The notes beneath the pieces are model-generated. The model saw only the letters and a program-made list of their open reading frames with translations. It did no database searches and was not told where the DNA came from. Of a stretch of 64,000 nt of DNA, positions 27,623 through 37,438 are shown piece by piece. Position 1 is the first letter of the stretch, and every line of letters starts with the position of its first letter. The translations under genes were made by a program, and so were the position numbers. The stretch comes from Candidatus Woesearchaeota archaeon (GTDB lineage: Archaea; Nanobdellota; Nanobdellia; Woesearchaeales; UBA10216). The DNA lies in contig NZCN01000001.1 of NCBI GenBank assembly GCA_002688315.1, positions 50,748 to 114,747 of the forward strand. Reading direction: 5' to 3'.

Positions 27623-28198
27623 ATGGCCTTTATTGTAGTTCAGGAAATTATAGACCTAGTTATAATGATAGGCGCGATTGGTTTCATCTTCAAAGATTAC
27701 ATGAATGTAAAAGACACTCGCAATTACGAGCCTTTGGATGAGTTCAAAGGCAAAAAAAACTTTTTTGGTGAAGGATTTAAGAACGCTGTTATAGTAACTG
27801 CCCCTGCCATTGCCCTGCACGAACTAGGGCATAAGCTGGCAGGCCTTTCCTTTGGTCTTGACGCTACGTTTCATGCAGCTTACACCTGGCTTGGAATAGG
27901 AGTGCTGCTCAAAATAATAGGGTCGCCTTTTCTTTTTTTTGTTCCAGGCTTTGTAAGCTATTCAGGAGCAGGAGTAGAACCTTTAGTGAGAGGTTTCATA
28001 GCTTTTTCAGGGCCTTTAGTTAATTTGCTTCTGTTTTTGTTTGCAACCACTGCAATAAAACAAGGCTGGCTTAAAAAACACATACCTTTGCTGGTATTAA
28101 CAAAACAGATTAATCTGTTTCTGTTCATATTTAACATGCTGCCGTTTGGATTCTTTGATGGAGCGCAAGTTTTTAGAAGCTTGATGGCAGGGTTTTGA
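27623..28198 (+). CDS. Minimal site-2-protease-like (M50) membrane metalloprotease
   Basis: HELGH in a TM helix plus NMLPFGFFDG (the NxxPxxxxDG motif). Only 191 aa, with no PDZ domain. Confidence 0.6.
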   Translation: MAFIVVQEIIDLVIMIGAIGFIFKDYMNVKDTRNYEPLDEFKGKKNFFGEGFKNAVIVTAPAIALHELGHKLAGLSFGLDATFHAAYTWLGIGVLLKIIGSPFLFFVPGFVSYSGAGVEPLVRGFIAFSGPLVNLLLFLFATTAIKQGWLKKHIPLLVLTKQINLFLFIFNMLPFGFFDGAQVFRSLMAGF

Positions 28199-28243
28199 GT
28201 TTCGAAGAAAAGTTTTAAATACAACCTGCTGCATACCTTTTAC

Positions 28244-29884
28244 ATGCACACAAGCAAATCAAATACAGAGAATTCTACTAAGTGGATAATTGTTACTGGC
28301 GGAGTTATTTCTGGACTTGGAAAAGGAATATCTGCAGCAGCCATTGGAAAGCTTTTGTCTGGGAACTTCAAAGTTGTTCCTATCAAATGTGACGGCTACC
28401 TTAACATTGACCCTGGAACAATGAACCCGTTTGAACATGGCGAAGTGTTTGTTCTTGAAGATGGCGGAGAAGTTGACATGGACTTTGGACACTATGAACG
28501 CTTCCTGAATATAAACTGCAAATCTGGCTGGAATCTTACAACAGGAAAAATTTTCGATTCTATAATAAAACAGGAGCGCAAAGGCGAATTTCTAGGCAAA
28601 ACAGTCCAGGTAATCCCTCATTTAACTAATGAAATAAAAAGACAGTGGATGAAAATAGCCAAGGAAGAAAAAGCAGACGTAATGACCATTGAAATTGGAG
28701 GAACAGTAGGAGACATAGAAAACTCTTGGTTTGTTGAAGCAGCAAGACAATTAAAAAAAGATATTGGAAGCGATAATGTCCTTTACGTTCATTTGTCTTA
28801 TGTTCCTTTTGTCAAAACTGCAGGCCAGCAAAAAACCAAGCCAGCACAAAGAGATGTCCAGCTTTTGAGAGAAACAGGAATAGTTCCTGACATAATGATA
28901 GGACGTAGCGAAGTTCCTTTAACAAAAGAAAGCAAATCAAAACTAGCTTTATACTGCGATGTTCTTGAGGAAGCTGTTATAAGCGCGCCCGATGTAAAAA
29001 CTATTTACGAATTGCCGATTACTTTTGAAGAAGAAGGCATTCTCAGAATTATTTCTAAAAAATTTAATTTTACTCCTAAAACAAACCTTGAAGAATGGAA
29101 AAAACTTATTGGAAACATTAAGAACCACACTAAAACAATAAACATTGCGCTTTGCGGAAAATACACTGGATTGACAGATGCTTATGCAAGCCTTATAGAA
29201 TCGCTTAACCATGCAGGAGCTCACTTAAGCACTAAAGTTAATGTCGAGCTAATAGAAACAACTGACATTGAAGAAGGAAAAGTTCCAATAGATCAATTGT
29301 TGGCAGACAAAGATGCAATAATAGTTCCTATTGGCTTTGGCAGCAGAGGAGCAGAAGGAAAAATTTCAACAGTAAGATATGCTCGCGAGCACAACATACC
29401 TTTCCTTGGATTGTGTTTTGGGCTTCAAATTGCAGTAATAGAATTTGCAAGAAATGTTTGCGGATTTAAAGATGCAAACTCAACAGAAATCGATCCAAAA
29501 ACAAAAGACCCTGTTGTAATGATACTGCCTGAACAAATGAAGATAATTGAAAAAGGTGGAACCATGCGCTTAGGAGCTGAAAAATCAATACTTAAGCGCG
29601 GAACAAAAACAACACAGCTTTACGGCAACACAACAGTCTATGAAAGACACCGCCATCGGTATGAAGTTAATCCTAAATACCATAAAATACTGGAAAAACA
29701 CGGAATGGTTATTTCAGGAAGCAGCAGGAACGGCAAGCTTGTTGAATTCATAGAACTGCCTAACCTGAAATTCTTCGCAGCAACACAAGCACATCCAGAA
29801 TACAAATCACGACTTGAAACTCCTTCCCCATTATATTATGGTTTGGTTAAAGCTGCTGTTGAGAAAAAGTATGGACGAGCTTGA
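28244..29884 (+). CDS. pyrG: CTP synthase
   Basis: N-terminal synthetase domain (VTGGVISGLGKG) plus a GATase domain (GLCFGLQ, HRHRYEVN). Confidence 0.95.
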   Translation: MHTSKSNTENSTKWIIVTGGVISGLGKGISAAAIGKLLSGNFKVVPIKCDGYLNIDPGTMNPFEHGEVFVLEDGGEVDMDFGHYERFLNINCKSGWNLTTGKIFDSIIKQERKGEFLGKTVQVIPHLTNEIKRQWMKIAKEEKADVMTIEIGGTVGDIENSWFVEAARQLKKDIGSDNVLYVHLSYVPFVKTAGQQKTKPAQRDVQLLRETGIVPDIMIGRSEVPLTKESKSKLALYCDVLEEAVISAPDVKTIYELPITFEEEGILRIISKKFNFTPKTNLEEWKKLIGNIKNHTKTINIALCGKYTGLTDAYASLIESLNHAGAHLSTKVNVELIETTDIEEGKVPIDQLLADKDAIIVPIGFGSRGAEGKISTVRYAREHNIPFLGLCFGLQIAVIEFARNVCGFKDANSTEIDPKTKDPVVMILPEQMKIIEKGGTMRLGAEKSILKRGTKTTQLYGNTTVYERHRHRYEVNPKYHKILEKHGMVISGSSRNGKLVEFIELPNLKFFAATQAHPEYKSRLETPSPLYYGLVKAAVEKKYGRA

Positions 29885-29965
29885 AAACGAAAACCATACT
29901 CATTACATTCGTAGGTTTTGCTTCTGAGCAAAACCTTTATTAACCTTCTTTAAGCTCTCAAAAAC

Positions 29966-31051
29966 ATGACAGATGATAAAAAGGAGCCTGTTGGCAGCAC
30001 AGATGTTTCTGGCTCTTTTAAAAGTGATGGCGATGGTAAATTGCCTGACAATATTACTGTTGCTAAAGAAGATAAAAAAACTGAAAAACAATACGACTAT
30101 AAGAAAAGCGATTTTAAGCCAAAAAGCAAGCATTCTGAAGACAGCAGAAATTTTATAATAAAAAATTACGACAAGCAGTATAAAAAATTGCTTGTAATAC
30201 CTTCTGCAATCGTTGCTCTAACTATTATAATACTTTTATTCAGCTTTTACAATACAGGCGAGTTCTTTCAAAAAGATGTTTCAATAAAAGGCGGAGTCAC
30301 TATAACAATTCTACAAACTTATGATGACTTGGATGGACTTGAGAAATTCTTAACAGATTCGCTAGGAACAACTGTCAATACGAGACTGCTTTCTGAAGCT
30401 GGAGCAAAGAAAGGAATAATCCTAGACGCAGGCATAGAAAGCGATGAAGAAGTCAGCAACTTTTTGTCTTTAATACAGGAAAAAACAGGCGAGCTGTCAA
30501 CAGACCAGTATTCTGTTCAGGTGATTGGCAGCTCTCTTGGAGCCAGCTTTTTCAAAGCAGTTATTGTGAGCATTTTTGCTGCATTTATTTTGATGGCTCT
30601 TGTTGTGTTTCTTTATTTTAGATTTGCAGCTGGAAAATGGATTTTACTTCCAAGCCTTTTCATAATTTGGACAGTATTAGTTGACATGATAGGCACGCTT
30701 GCAGTGGTTTCACTTCTAGATATTAAGGTTTCAACTGCAGGGCTTGCCGCGTTTCTTCTTCTCATAGGTTATTCTGTTGATACAGATATACTTCTTACTA
30801 TGAGACTGCTGAAAGGAAGGCAAGAGAAAATTTTTGACCGAATTATGAATGCTGCCCGAACAGGAATATTCATGACAGTTGCAGGAATGGTTGCCATGGC
30901 TGCAGGGCTGGTGTTTACTCAGTCTGAAACCATAAGGCAAATCATGCTGATACTTTTAATCGGGCTTGCATTTGATTTATTGCACACCTGGCTAACAAAT
31001 GCAGGCATTTTAAGATGGTACTTGGAGAGAAATATGTATGACACAAAATAA
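29966..31051 (+). CDS. secF: Protein-export membrane protein SecF with a ~75-aa Lys/Asp-rich N-terminal extension
   Basis: C-terminal six-TM SecDF core (GYSVDTDILL). Overlaps secD by 14 nt. Confidence 0.75.
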   Translation: MTDDKKEPVGSTDVSGSFKSDGDGKLPDNITVAKEDKKTEKQYDYKKSDFKPKSKHSEDSRNFIIKNYDKQYKKLLVIPSAIVALTIIILLFSFYNTGEFFQKDVSIKGGVTITILQTYDDLDGLEKFLTDSLGTTVNTRLLSEAGAKKGIILDAGIESDEEVSNFLSLIQEKTGELSTDQYSVQVIGSSLGASFFKAVIVSIFAAFILMALVVFLYFRFAAGKWILLPSLFIIWTVLVDMIGTLAVVSLLDIKVSTAGLAAFLLLIGYSVDTDILLTMRLLKGRQEKIFDRIMNAARTGIFMTVAGMVAMAAGLVFTQSETIRQIMLILLIGLAFDLLHTWLTNAGILRWYLERNMYDTK

Positions 31052-32570
31052 ACTGCGAAAAATAATGATGGATAAGCGCATATGGATACTTGCAATTGCA
31101 ATAATAGTGGCTTTTATAGCTATAAATCCAAATCCATGGAGAGAAGGTATCACAATAAAAAGCGTTGAAAAAGACAGTGCTGCTTCTTTGGCTGGAATAA
31201 AACCAGGCCAAAGCATTGTGAAAATAGACAACCAATATGTAAAAAGCGTGGCAGATTTTGCCAGACTAACAAGCAATCTTGATACAAATGACACTGTTCT
31301 AATTGAAACAGAAAACAACTTTTACAAATTGACTGTTACTGATGAAGATTTGGGAATGACTGTAGCAAAAAAAGCTAAAACAAACATAAGAACAGGGCTT
31401 GATTTGCAGGGCGGAACCAGAGTCTTATTGCAACCTGAAGAAAAAATTTCTGAAACTGATTTGGAACTGATTATTGAAAACATGAATAAGCGTCTTAACT
31501 TGTTCGGCTTGTCAGATGTAACTGTAAGAGACGCTTCTGATTTTTCAGGACAGCAGTACATAATGGTTGAAGTAGCTGGAGTAAATGAAGAAGAAGTAAA
31601 GAATTTGGTATCAAAGCAAGGAAAATTCGAGGCAAAAGTAGGCAATGTTTCTGTGTTCAAAGGAAATGACGTTGTAGATGTATGCAGGTCTGCCCAATGT
31701 TCTGGCATAGACTACAGAGCCGGAGGATGCCAGCAACTTGGACCATCAGACTGGGCTTGTCCGTTTTTCTTTTCAATAAGTCTTAGCCAGGAAGCAGCGC
31801 AACGGCAGGCAGACGCAACACAAGACCTGCAAATCATTGAGGGATACTTAAGCGAGAAGATTTACCTTTATTTGGACGATGAATTAGTGGATGAGCTTAA
31901 CATTGCAGAAAGCCTTAGAGGAGAGCCTGCTATTTCAATTCAGATATCAGGCAGTGGCGCAGGCTTAACTCAAAATACAGCAACAAAAGATTCAATTAAA
32001 AACATGAAACAGCTTCAAACCATACTTGTAACTGGAAGCCTTCCTGTAAAGCTGGAAATAGCACGAACAGACGCTGTAAGCCCGGCATTAGGAGAAGAAT
32101 TTGTAAGAAATGCTTTGCTTACAGGACTTGTTGCCATCGGCGCAGTAATGTTTGTATTGCTAATAGCTTACAGAAATGTTCTGGTCATTCCAATTGTCTT
32201 CATAAGCCTGCTGGAAATATTCCTTTTATTAGGAGTAGCTGCTTTAATTCGATGGAACATAGACTTAGCAGCCATTGCAGGAATAATAGCAGCAGTAGGA
32301 ACAGGAGTTAATGACCAAATAATAATCACAGACGAAGCTCTCAGAGGAGAAGCTCGCGCCTTTAAAAGCTGGAAAGAAAAACTGAAAAGCGCGTTCTCAG
32401 TAATTTTCGGAGCTTACTTTACTTTGCTGTTTGCAATGCTTCCCTTGTTTTTAATTGGAGCAGGACTGCTAAGAGGCTTTGCAGTAACCACAATAATAGG
32501 AATGACAGTTGGAGTTCTGATAACAAGGCCTGCATACGCTAAGATAATAGAAATCCTGATGGAGAAATAA
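31038..32570 (+). CDS. secD: Protein-export membrane protein SecD with a PDZ-like insert after TM1
   Basis: LDLQGGTRVLLQ is the SecD P1 motif, followed by C-terminal TMs. Residues ~36-100 (SVEKDSAASLAGIKPGQSIVKIDNQYV...) are PDZ-like. Confidence 0.8.
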   Translation: MTQNKLRKIMMDKRIWILAIAIIVAFIAINPNPWREGITIKSVEKDSAASLAGIKPGQSIVKIDNQYVKSVADFARLTSNLDTNDTVLIETENNFYKLTVTDEDLGMTVAKKAKTNIRTGLDLQGGTRVLLQPEEKISETDLELIIENMNKRLNLFGLSDVTVRDASDFSGQQYIMVEVAGVNEEEVKNLVSKQGKFEAKVGNVSVFKGNDVVDVCRSAQCSGIDYRAGGCQQLGPSDWACPFFFSISLSQEAAQRQADATQDLQIIEGYLSEKIYLYLDDELVDELNIAESLRGEPAISIQISGSGAGLTQNTATKDSIKNMKQLQTILVTGSLPVKLEIARTDAVSPALGEEFVRNALLTGLVAIGAVMFVLLIAYRNVLVIPIVFISLLEIFLLLGVAALIRWNIDLAAIAGIIAAVGTGVNDQIIITDEALRGEARAFKSWKEKLKSAFSVIFGAYFTLLFAMLPLFLIGAGLLRGFAVTTIIGMTVGVLITRPAYAKIIEILMEK

Positions 32571-32603
32571 GTTTTATATACTCTCTTTCTAATACTATTG
32601 TTT

Positions 32604-33143
32604 ATGATAATAACTATATCAGGCGATGCTGGCTCTGGCAAGAGCACTGTGGCAGAAATAGTTTCTAAGAAATTGAAATACAAGCATTATTCTGTGGGAG
32701 ACTTTATGAGGATTATTTCCAGGAAAAGGGGCCTTACTCTTTTGCAGGTTAGCGAGCTTGCTGAAAAAGACGAAAGCATAGATGAAGAGCTTGATGACAT
32801 GCAGATAGAGCTTGGCAAGTTTGAAGACCATTTTGTCCTGGATTCAAGGCTTGGATTTCATTTTGTTCCAAAATCCTTAAAAGTTTTCCTGAAAGTTGAC
32901 GTTAAAGAAGCTGCAAAAAGAATTTTCAACCACAAAAGAAGGCTGGAGGAAGAAAACAAAACACTTGAAGCAACTTTGGAGAACATTAAGAAAAGAAAAA
33001 AATCAGAATTGCACAGGTACAAAAAATACTATAATCTTAACCCTTATGACAAAAAAAATTATGATTTGGTGATAGACACTACTAACAACATCGCAGAACA
33101 AACAGCAGACGAAATAATAAAAGCTGTTAAAAACAATAAATAA
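32604..33143 (+). CDS. cmk: Archaeal-type cytidylate kinase (P-loop NMP kinase)
   Basis: MIITISGDAGSGKST P-loop; size and layout match archaeal CMP kinases. The track start TTG 32598 is replaced by ATG 32604. Confidence 0.65.
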   Translation: MIITISGDAGSGKSTVAEIVSKKLKYKHYSVGDFMRIISRKRGLTLLQVSELAEKDESIDEELDDMQIELGKFEDHFVLDSRLGFHFVPKSLKVFLKVDVKEAAKRIFNHKRRLEEENKTLEATLENIKKRKKSELHRYKKYYNLNPYDKKNYDLVIDTTNNIAEQTADEIIKAVKNNK

Positions 33144-33188
33144 TGTATATAGATTAACTTTAAATATGGATTCTAAGTTCCGATATTT

Positions 33189-33719
33189 ATGTCTGGTTTT
33201 GAAAAAGTATGGGCTAATCCAGATGACTCTTTTGTTCTAGATTTAGACGTTGTTCAAAGACGATTGGAAGAACGTATGAGCTCTAGTCCTCTTTTTGCTC
33301 CATTAAGCGAATACTTAACAGAATTACTGCAAGGTTTTTCTGCTGATTCATTGATGAGAGAATATTATGATCATCAACGTATGGAATTGGCAAGTCAAGC
33401 CGGAACTGCGCAGTCAGAAGCATTAAAATATATGCGCGCAGGAGATCTCGGTATGTTCATCACAATGTTCTATGAAGAAGGAAGCATTTTTTTAGCAACT
33501 AGTCAGATGGCAGAACAAAATTTTTCTGATGCAGCTGACTTGATGGAAAACCCAGGTAGTATGTTACTAAAATCTGCTTCAATAGAAGTTCCTAACATAA
33601 GCAGCCTTTTGTGGACTGTGAGAGAAGATTTGGATTTCAGTACAGGATTGGGTTTGCCAGAGCCAGACGCCATTCGTTTGCCACCATCAATTGAAAACGA
33701 GTTTGGACAATATTTATAA
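33189..33719 (+). CDS. Orphan hypothetical protein (176 aa), very Lys-poor
   Basis: Long ORF. TATA-like TTTAAATA lies about 27 nt upstream, consistent with a leaderless transcript. No motif recognised. Confidence 0.55.
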   Translation: MSGFEKVWANPDDSFVLDLDVVQRRLEERMSSSPLFAPLSEYLTELLQGFSADSLMREYYDHQRMELASQAGTAQSEALKYMRAGDLGMFITMFYEEGSIFLATSQMAEQNFSDAADLMENPGSMLLKSASIEVPNISSLLWTVREDLDFSTGLGLPEPDAIRLPPSIENEFGQYL

Positions 33720-33742
33720 AGTGGTTGCTGCTTCTCGACTTT

Positions 33743-34435
33743 ATGCCAGAAGTCTTAAAGGAAGGAGATTTTGTAGAGTTGGATTATACAGGCAAGATTC
33801 TTGAAGGAGATATTATTTTTGACACTACGCTTGAAGATGTTGCTAAACAAAACAATCTCCATGACCCTAAAGCAAAGTACGAACCAGTAATAATCTGCCT
33901 TGGAAAGAATCATGTTATTGCAGGGCTTGATAAAAATCTTGCAGGAAAGGAAATTGGAAAAACATACGTGTTTGAGATTCCTCCTGAAGAAGGCTTTGGA
34001 AATAAAGATCCTAAGAAAATACAACTTATTTCCACCAGTAAATTCAGAGAGCAGAAAATCACTCCAATGCCAGGGCTTCAAGTTAACCTGGACGGCATTC
34101 TTGGAACAATAAAAGCTGTTAGCGGCGGAAGAACTATTGTTGACTTCAACCATCCATTATCAGGAAAAGATCTTAAATACGAAGTTACTGTTAAGCGGAT
34201 AGTAACAGACTTAAACGAGAAAATTGACGCAACTTTGAAACTCCTTGGAATAAATATGGAAAAAGAAATCTTGGCAGATAAATTAACACTGAAATCTCCT
34301 GAAGAAGTTCCTAAAGAAATGCAGGAAAACTTAACAAAAATCATAACAGAAACTGTTAAAGAAATAAAGACTGTTTCTTTCGAACAAGTGACGAAAAAAT
34401 CTGAACCTTCTGGACAAACAAACAACAAAATTTAA
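33743..34435 (+). CDS. FKBP-type peptidyl-prolyl cis-trans isomerase (SlyD-like, long archaeal form)
   Basis: GDFVELDYTGK..G..FDTT and the IF-domain pattern. ATG 33743 is preferred over the TTG 33725 track start. Confidence 0.8.
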   Translation: MPEVLKEGDFVELDYTGKILEGDIIFDTTLEDVAKQNNLHDPKAKYEPVIICLGKNHVIAGLDKNLAGKEIGKTYVFEIPPEEGFGNKDPKKIQLISTSKFREQKITPMPGLQVNLDGILGTIKAVSGGRTIVDFNHPLSGKDLKYEVTVKRIVTDLNEKIDATLKLLGINMEKEILADKLTLKSPEEVPKEMQENLTKIITETVKEIKTVSFEQVTKKSEPSGQTNNKI

Positions 34436-34489
34436 ATAGTAGTATCGTAATAACTAATTTGTAATTTTTTGGGTTTTAAGGTTGACATT

Positions 34490-35590
34490 ATGGGAAGCGT
34501 AATTTTAAATGCTGAGGAAGAGGTAAAAGCTGAACCAAAAAATACCTCTGTCGATGCTGAACTCGAACAGATGCTTTCTAAGCAAAAGGCAACAATCAAA
34601 GTTGTAGGTACTGGTGGAGCAGGAAACAACACTGTAACAAGAATAGCTGAAGTTGGAGTTGTTGGCTCTGAAATCATCTCAATCAATACAGACGCCCAGG
34701 ATTTGCTTTACACAACTTCTGATAAAAAAATTCTAATTGGCAAAGAACTCACCCATGGTTTAGGAGCAGGCTCTGATCCGAAAACAGGAGAAGAAGCTGC
34801 CAGAGAATCTGAACACGAACTTAAGGATGCTCTTTCAGGAGCAGACATGGTTTTCATAACTTGTGGCCTTGGTGGAGGCACAGGAACTGGCTCTGCTCCA
34901 ATAATAGCAGACATATCCAAAAAGCTCGGAGCGTTGACTGTTGGGATAGTTACAATGCCATTCACCATGGAAGGCAACAGGCGCTATGAAAATGCTATGA
35001 TTGGATTGGAAAGACTAGAGAATGTTGTTGATACTTTGATAGTTATTCCTAATGACAAGCTGCTTGAGCTAGCTCCTGACTTACCCTTGCTAACAGCATT
35101 TAAGGTTGCAGATGAAATCTTAACCAATGCTGTTAAAGGCATAGCAGAAATGGTAACAAAAGCAGGGCTTATAAACTTAGATTTTGCAGACATAAAAGCT
35201 GTAATGACAGGAGGAGGCGTTGCTCTTATTGGAGTTGGCGAATCAGACTCTGAAAACAGAGCAGTTGAAGCAGTTGAAAAAGCTATAACCAATCCGCTGC
35301 TTGACGTTGACGTTACAGGAGCTAACGGAGCATTGATTAATGTTTCAGGAGGCTCTGACATGACGCTTGAAGAGGCCCGTAAAGTTGTTGAAACAGTCAG
35401 CCAAAAGCTAGATGAAAACGCCAAAGTCATTTGGGGCGCTCAAATATACGAAGACCTTCCTAATATCATCAGAACCATGCTTATAGTGACAGGTGTTTCT
35501 TCTGAACAAATATTCGGCAAGGAGAGAATGCACGCAACAGAAAGAAAAGCCGAGATAGAATCTGAATTAGGGATAGAGTTTGTGGATTGA
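34490..35590 (+). CDS. ftsZ: Cell division GTPase FtsZ
   Basis: GGGTGTG tubulin signature ([12 protein letters not shown]) and NTDAQ. Confidence 0.95.
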   Translation: MGSVILNAEEEVKAEPKNTSVDAELEQMLSKQKATIKVVGTGGAGNNTVTRIAEVGVVGSEIISINTDAQDLLYTTSDKKILIGKELTHGLGAGSDPKTGEEAARESEHELKDALSGADMVFITCGLGGGTGTGSAPIIADISKKLGALTVGIVTMPFTMEGNRRYENAMIGLERLENVVDTLIVIPNDKLLELAPDLPLLTAFKVADEILTNAVKGIAEMVTKAGLINLDFADIKAVMTGGGVALIGVGESDSENRAVEAVEKAITNPLLDVDVTGANGALINVSGGSDMTLEEARKVVETVSQKLDENAKVIWGAQIYEDLPNIIRTMLIVTGVSSEQIFGKERMHATERKAEIESELGIEFVD

Positions 35591-35658
35591 TGCTTCTCTA
35601 GTTGAATTTGTTAATAAATCGCAAGCTTTAAAAACCGCCTTTTGTTTCACTTTTCAGA

Positions 35659-35844
35659 ATGCAATTTTCACAGTTAACTCTTAAGATTAAGACATTCATA
35701 CTTGAAAGCAGGAGAGTTTTGGCTGTTACAAGGAAACCTAGCCGGCTAGAGTTTACGACTATAGTCAAGGTAACCGGAATAGGCATTATATTGATAGGAT
35801 TAATTGGTTTTTTGCTGCAATTGGCAAGAAACCTCTTTTTATAA
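35659..35844 (+). CDS. secE: Preprotein translocase subunit SecE (Sec61 gamma)
   Basis: 61 aa with a single C-terminal TM; sits at the head of the conserved secE-spt5-rpl11 order. Confidence 0.8.
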   Translation: MQFSQLTLKIKTFILESRRVLAVTRKPSRLEFTTIVKVTGIGIILIGLIGFLLQLARNLFL

Positions 35845-35849
35845 CAAAA

Positions 35850-36332
35850 ATGGAACAAGAAACATCTCAAATATTTGCAATAAGAACAACTGCAAACCGT
35901 GAAGAGCAGGTTATAGACTTTATATCTTCAAATGCAAAGAAGAAAGCTTTGGAAGTCTATTCTGTAATACATCCGCACGGCATGAGAGGTTACATCTTTT
36001 TAGAGGCAAAATCAAGATTAGACGCTGAACAAGCAGCATTCAAGGTTCCTTACGCCAGAGGCGTATTGCCTAATGAGATTAATTATTCAGAAATAGAGCA
36101 TATGCTTGAATCTGCAAAGAAAGTAGAGATGAACATACAGAAAAACGATGTTGTTGAGATAATAGCAGGGCCTTTCAAAAGAGAGCAAGCAAAAATAAGC
36201 AGAATTGACAAAACAAAAGAAGAAGTTGTTGTTGAACTGCTTGAAGCAGCTGTTCCGATTCCAATAACCATCCGAATGGATTCTGTTAAGGTAATAAGAA
36301 GAGCAGGAGACGAAGGAAGAGAAGACGAATAA
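35850..36332 (+). CDS. spt5: Transcription elongation factor Spt5/NusG
   Basis: NGN domain plus a KOW motif (VVEIIAGPFKREQAKISRID). Confidence 0.9.
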   Translation: MEQETSQIFAIRTTANREEQVIDFISSNAKKKALEVYSVIHPHGMRGYIFLEAKSRLDAEQAAFKVPYARGVLPNEINYSEIEHMLESAKKVEMNIQKNDVVEIIAGPFKREQAKISRIDKTKEEVVVELLEAAVPIPITIRMDSVKVIRRAGDEGREDE

Positions 36333-36333
36333 A

Positions 36334-37131
36334 ATGGCAACACAAACTATTGAATCAATGATACCTGGCGGCAAAGCTAGTGCTGCTCCTCCCCTTGGCC
36401 CAGCTCTTGGACCTTTAGGCATAAACATAGGTGAAGTAATAGCTGCCATAAACAAGAAAACAGCAGCTTTTAACGGCATGCAAGTTCCAATTAAAGTTAA
36501 CGTGGAAACAGACACTAAAGCTTTTGAAATAGAAGTAGGAACGCCTCCTTCAAGCGCTTTGATTCTTAAGGAATCAGCAATAGAGAAAGGCTCAGGCAAT
36601 CCATTAGAAGACAAAATTGCAGATTTGAAAATAGAACAGATAATAAAAATTGCAAAAATGAAAGAAGACAATCTTATGGGGAAAACTTTGAAAGAGAAAG
36701 TAAAGGAAATAATCGGATCATGCAACTCAATGGGTGTCATGGTAGAAGGCAAACAAGCTTCTGAAGTTGTAAAAGACGTAAATGCAGGAACTTTTGATAA
36801 AGAAATAGCAGAAGAAAAAACAGAACTTACAGCTGAAGAACTCAAGGAGCTGGAAGAAGAAAGAAAGAAACTCGCAGCAGAAGTAGAAAAGAGAAAGACT
36901 GTTCACATGGCAACAGCAAAGAAGATTATTGACTCTATGCCAGGAAAAGCAAGAGGCGAGATAAAACTCAAGCTTGTTGAAGCAGGCGTCCCTGCATTGA
37001 TAATAAACGAGCTTCTGCCAGTAACAGGAGCAGCTGGAACACCTGGCGCACCTGGTGCACCAGCACCTGCAGAAGGAGAAGCTGCACCAGCATCACAAGA
37101 AGCAGCACCTGAAGAAAAGAAAGAAGAATAA
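36334..37131 (+). CDS. rpl11: Ribosomal protein uL11 with a ~100-aa C-terminal extension
   Basis: PGGKASAAPPLGPALGPLGINIG is the L11 signature. After about residue 160 comes a charged coiled region, then an Ala/Pro/Gly hinge and an EEKKEE tail. Confidence 0.9.
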   Translation: MATQTIESMIPGGKASAAPPLGPALGPLGINIGEVIAAINKKTAAFNGMQVPIKVNVETDTKAFEIEVGTPPSSALILKESAIEKGSGNPLEDKIADLKIEQIIKIAKMKEDNLMGKTLKEKVKEIIGSCNSMGVMVEGKQASEVVKDVNAGTFDKEIAEEKTELTAEELKELEEERKKLAAEVEKRKTVHMATAKKIIDSMPGKARGEIKLKLVEAGVPALIINELLPVTGAAGTPGAPGAPAPAEGEAAPASQEAAPEEKKEE

Positions 37132-37143
37132 TCCTAAGAAAAA

Positions 37144-37341
37144 TTATTTCTGATTTTTTTCTAATTTAACGAGTTTTGTAATATAACCAGCAACAATGTT
37201 ACTAAGCTTTCGAGAATTTATGTCAACAAACTCCTTAATTAACTCTTTATTCTTTACAAAGTCTTCGCTAAACGTATCTTTATGCTCGTCTATTAGCTGT
37301 TGAGTTACTCTCTTAACAATCTTTGTTTTTATTCTTCCCAT
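37144..37341 (-). CDS. rps17e: Ribosomal protein eS17
   Basis: MGRIKTKIVKRVTQQLI... is a typical S17e N-terminus; 65 aa. Confidence 0.85.
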   Translation of the reverse strand: MGRIKTKIVKRVTQQLIDEHKDTFSEDFVKNKELIKEFVDINSRKLSNIVAGYITKLVKLEKNQK

Positions 37342-37438
37342 ATTAAATTGCGCAATTCACTAGTTTAAAAAGTTTATTAGTTATCTCAATTAAGCTCAAC
37401 ACAAACTTTATATACTGTGTTAAGTAGTCTCTTAATCA

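Noticed and set aside
36087-36845. 252-aa minus-strand ORF antisense to spt5/rpl11. Similar long antisense ORFs occur at 63095-63649, 15206-15655, 17061-17465, 34984-35430 and 48324-48797.
   Set aside because: Each lies opposite a confidently identified gene and has a Ser/Cys/Phe-rich, low-complexity shadow composition with no motifs. These are typical antisense shadow ORFs in AT-rich DNA.
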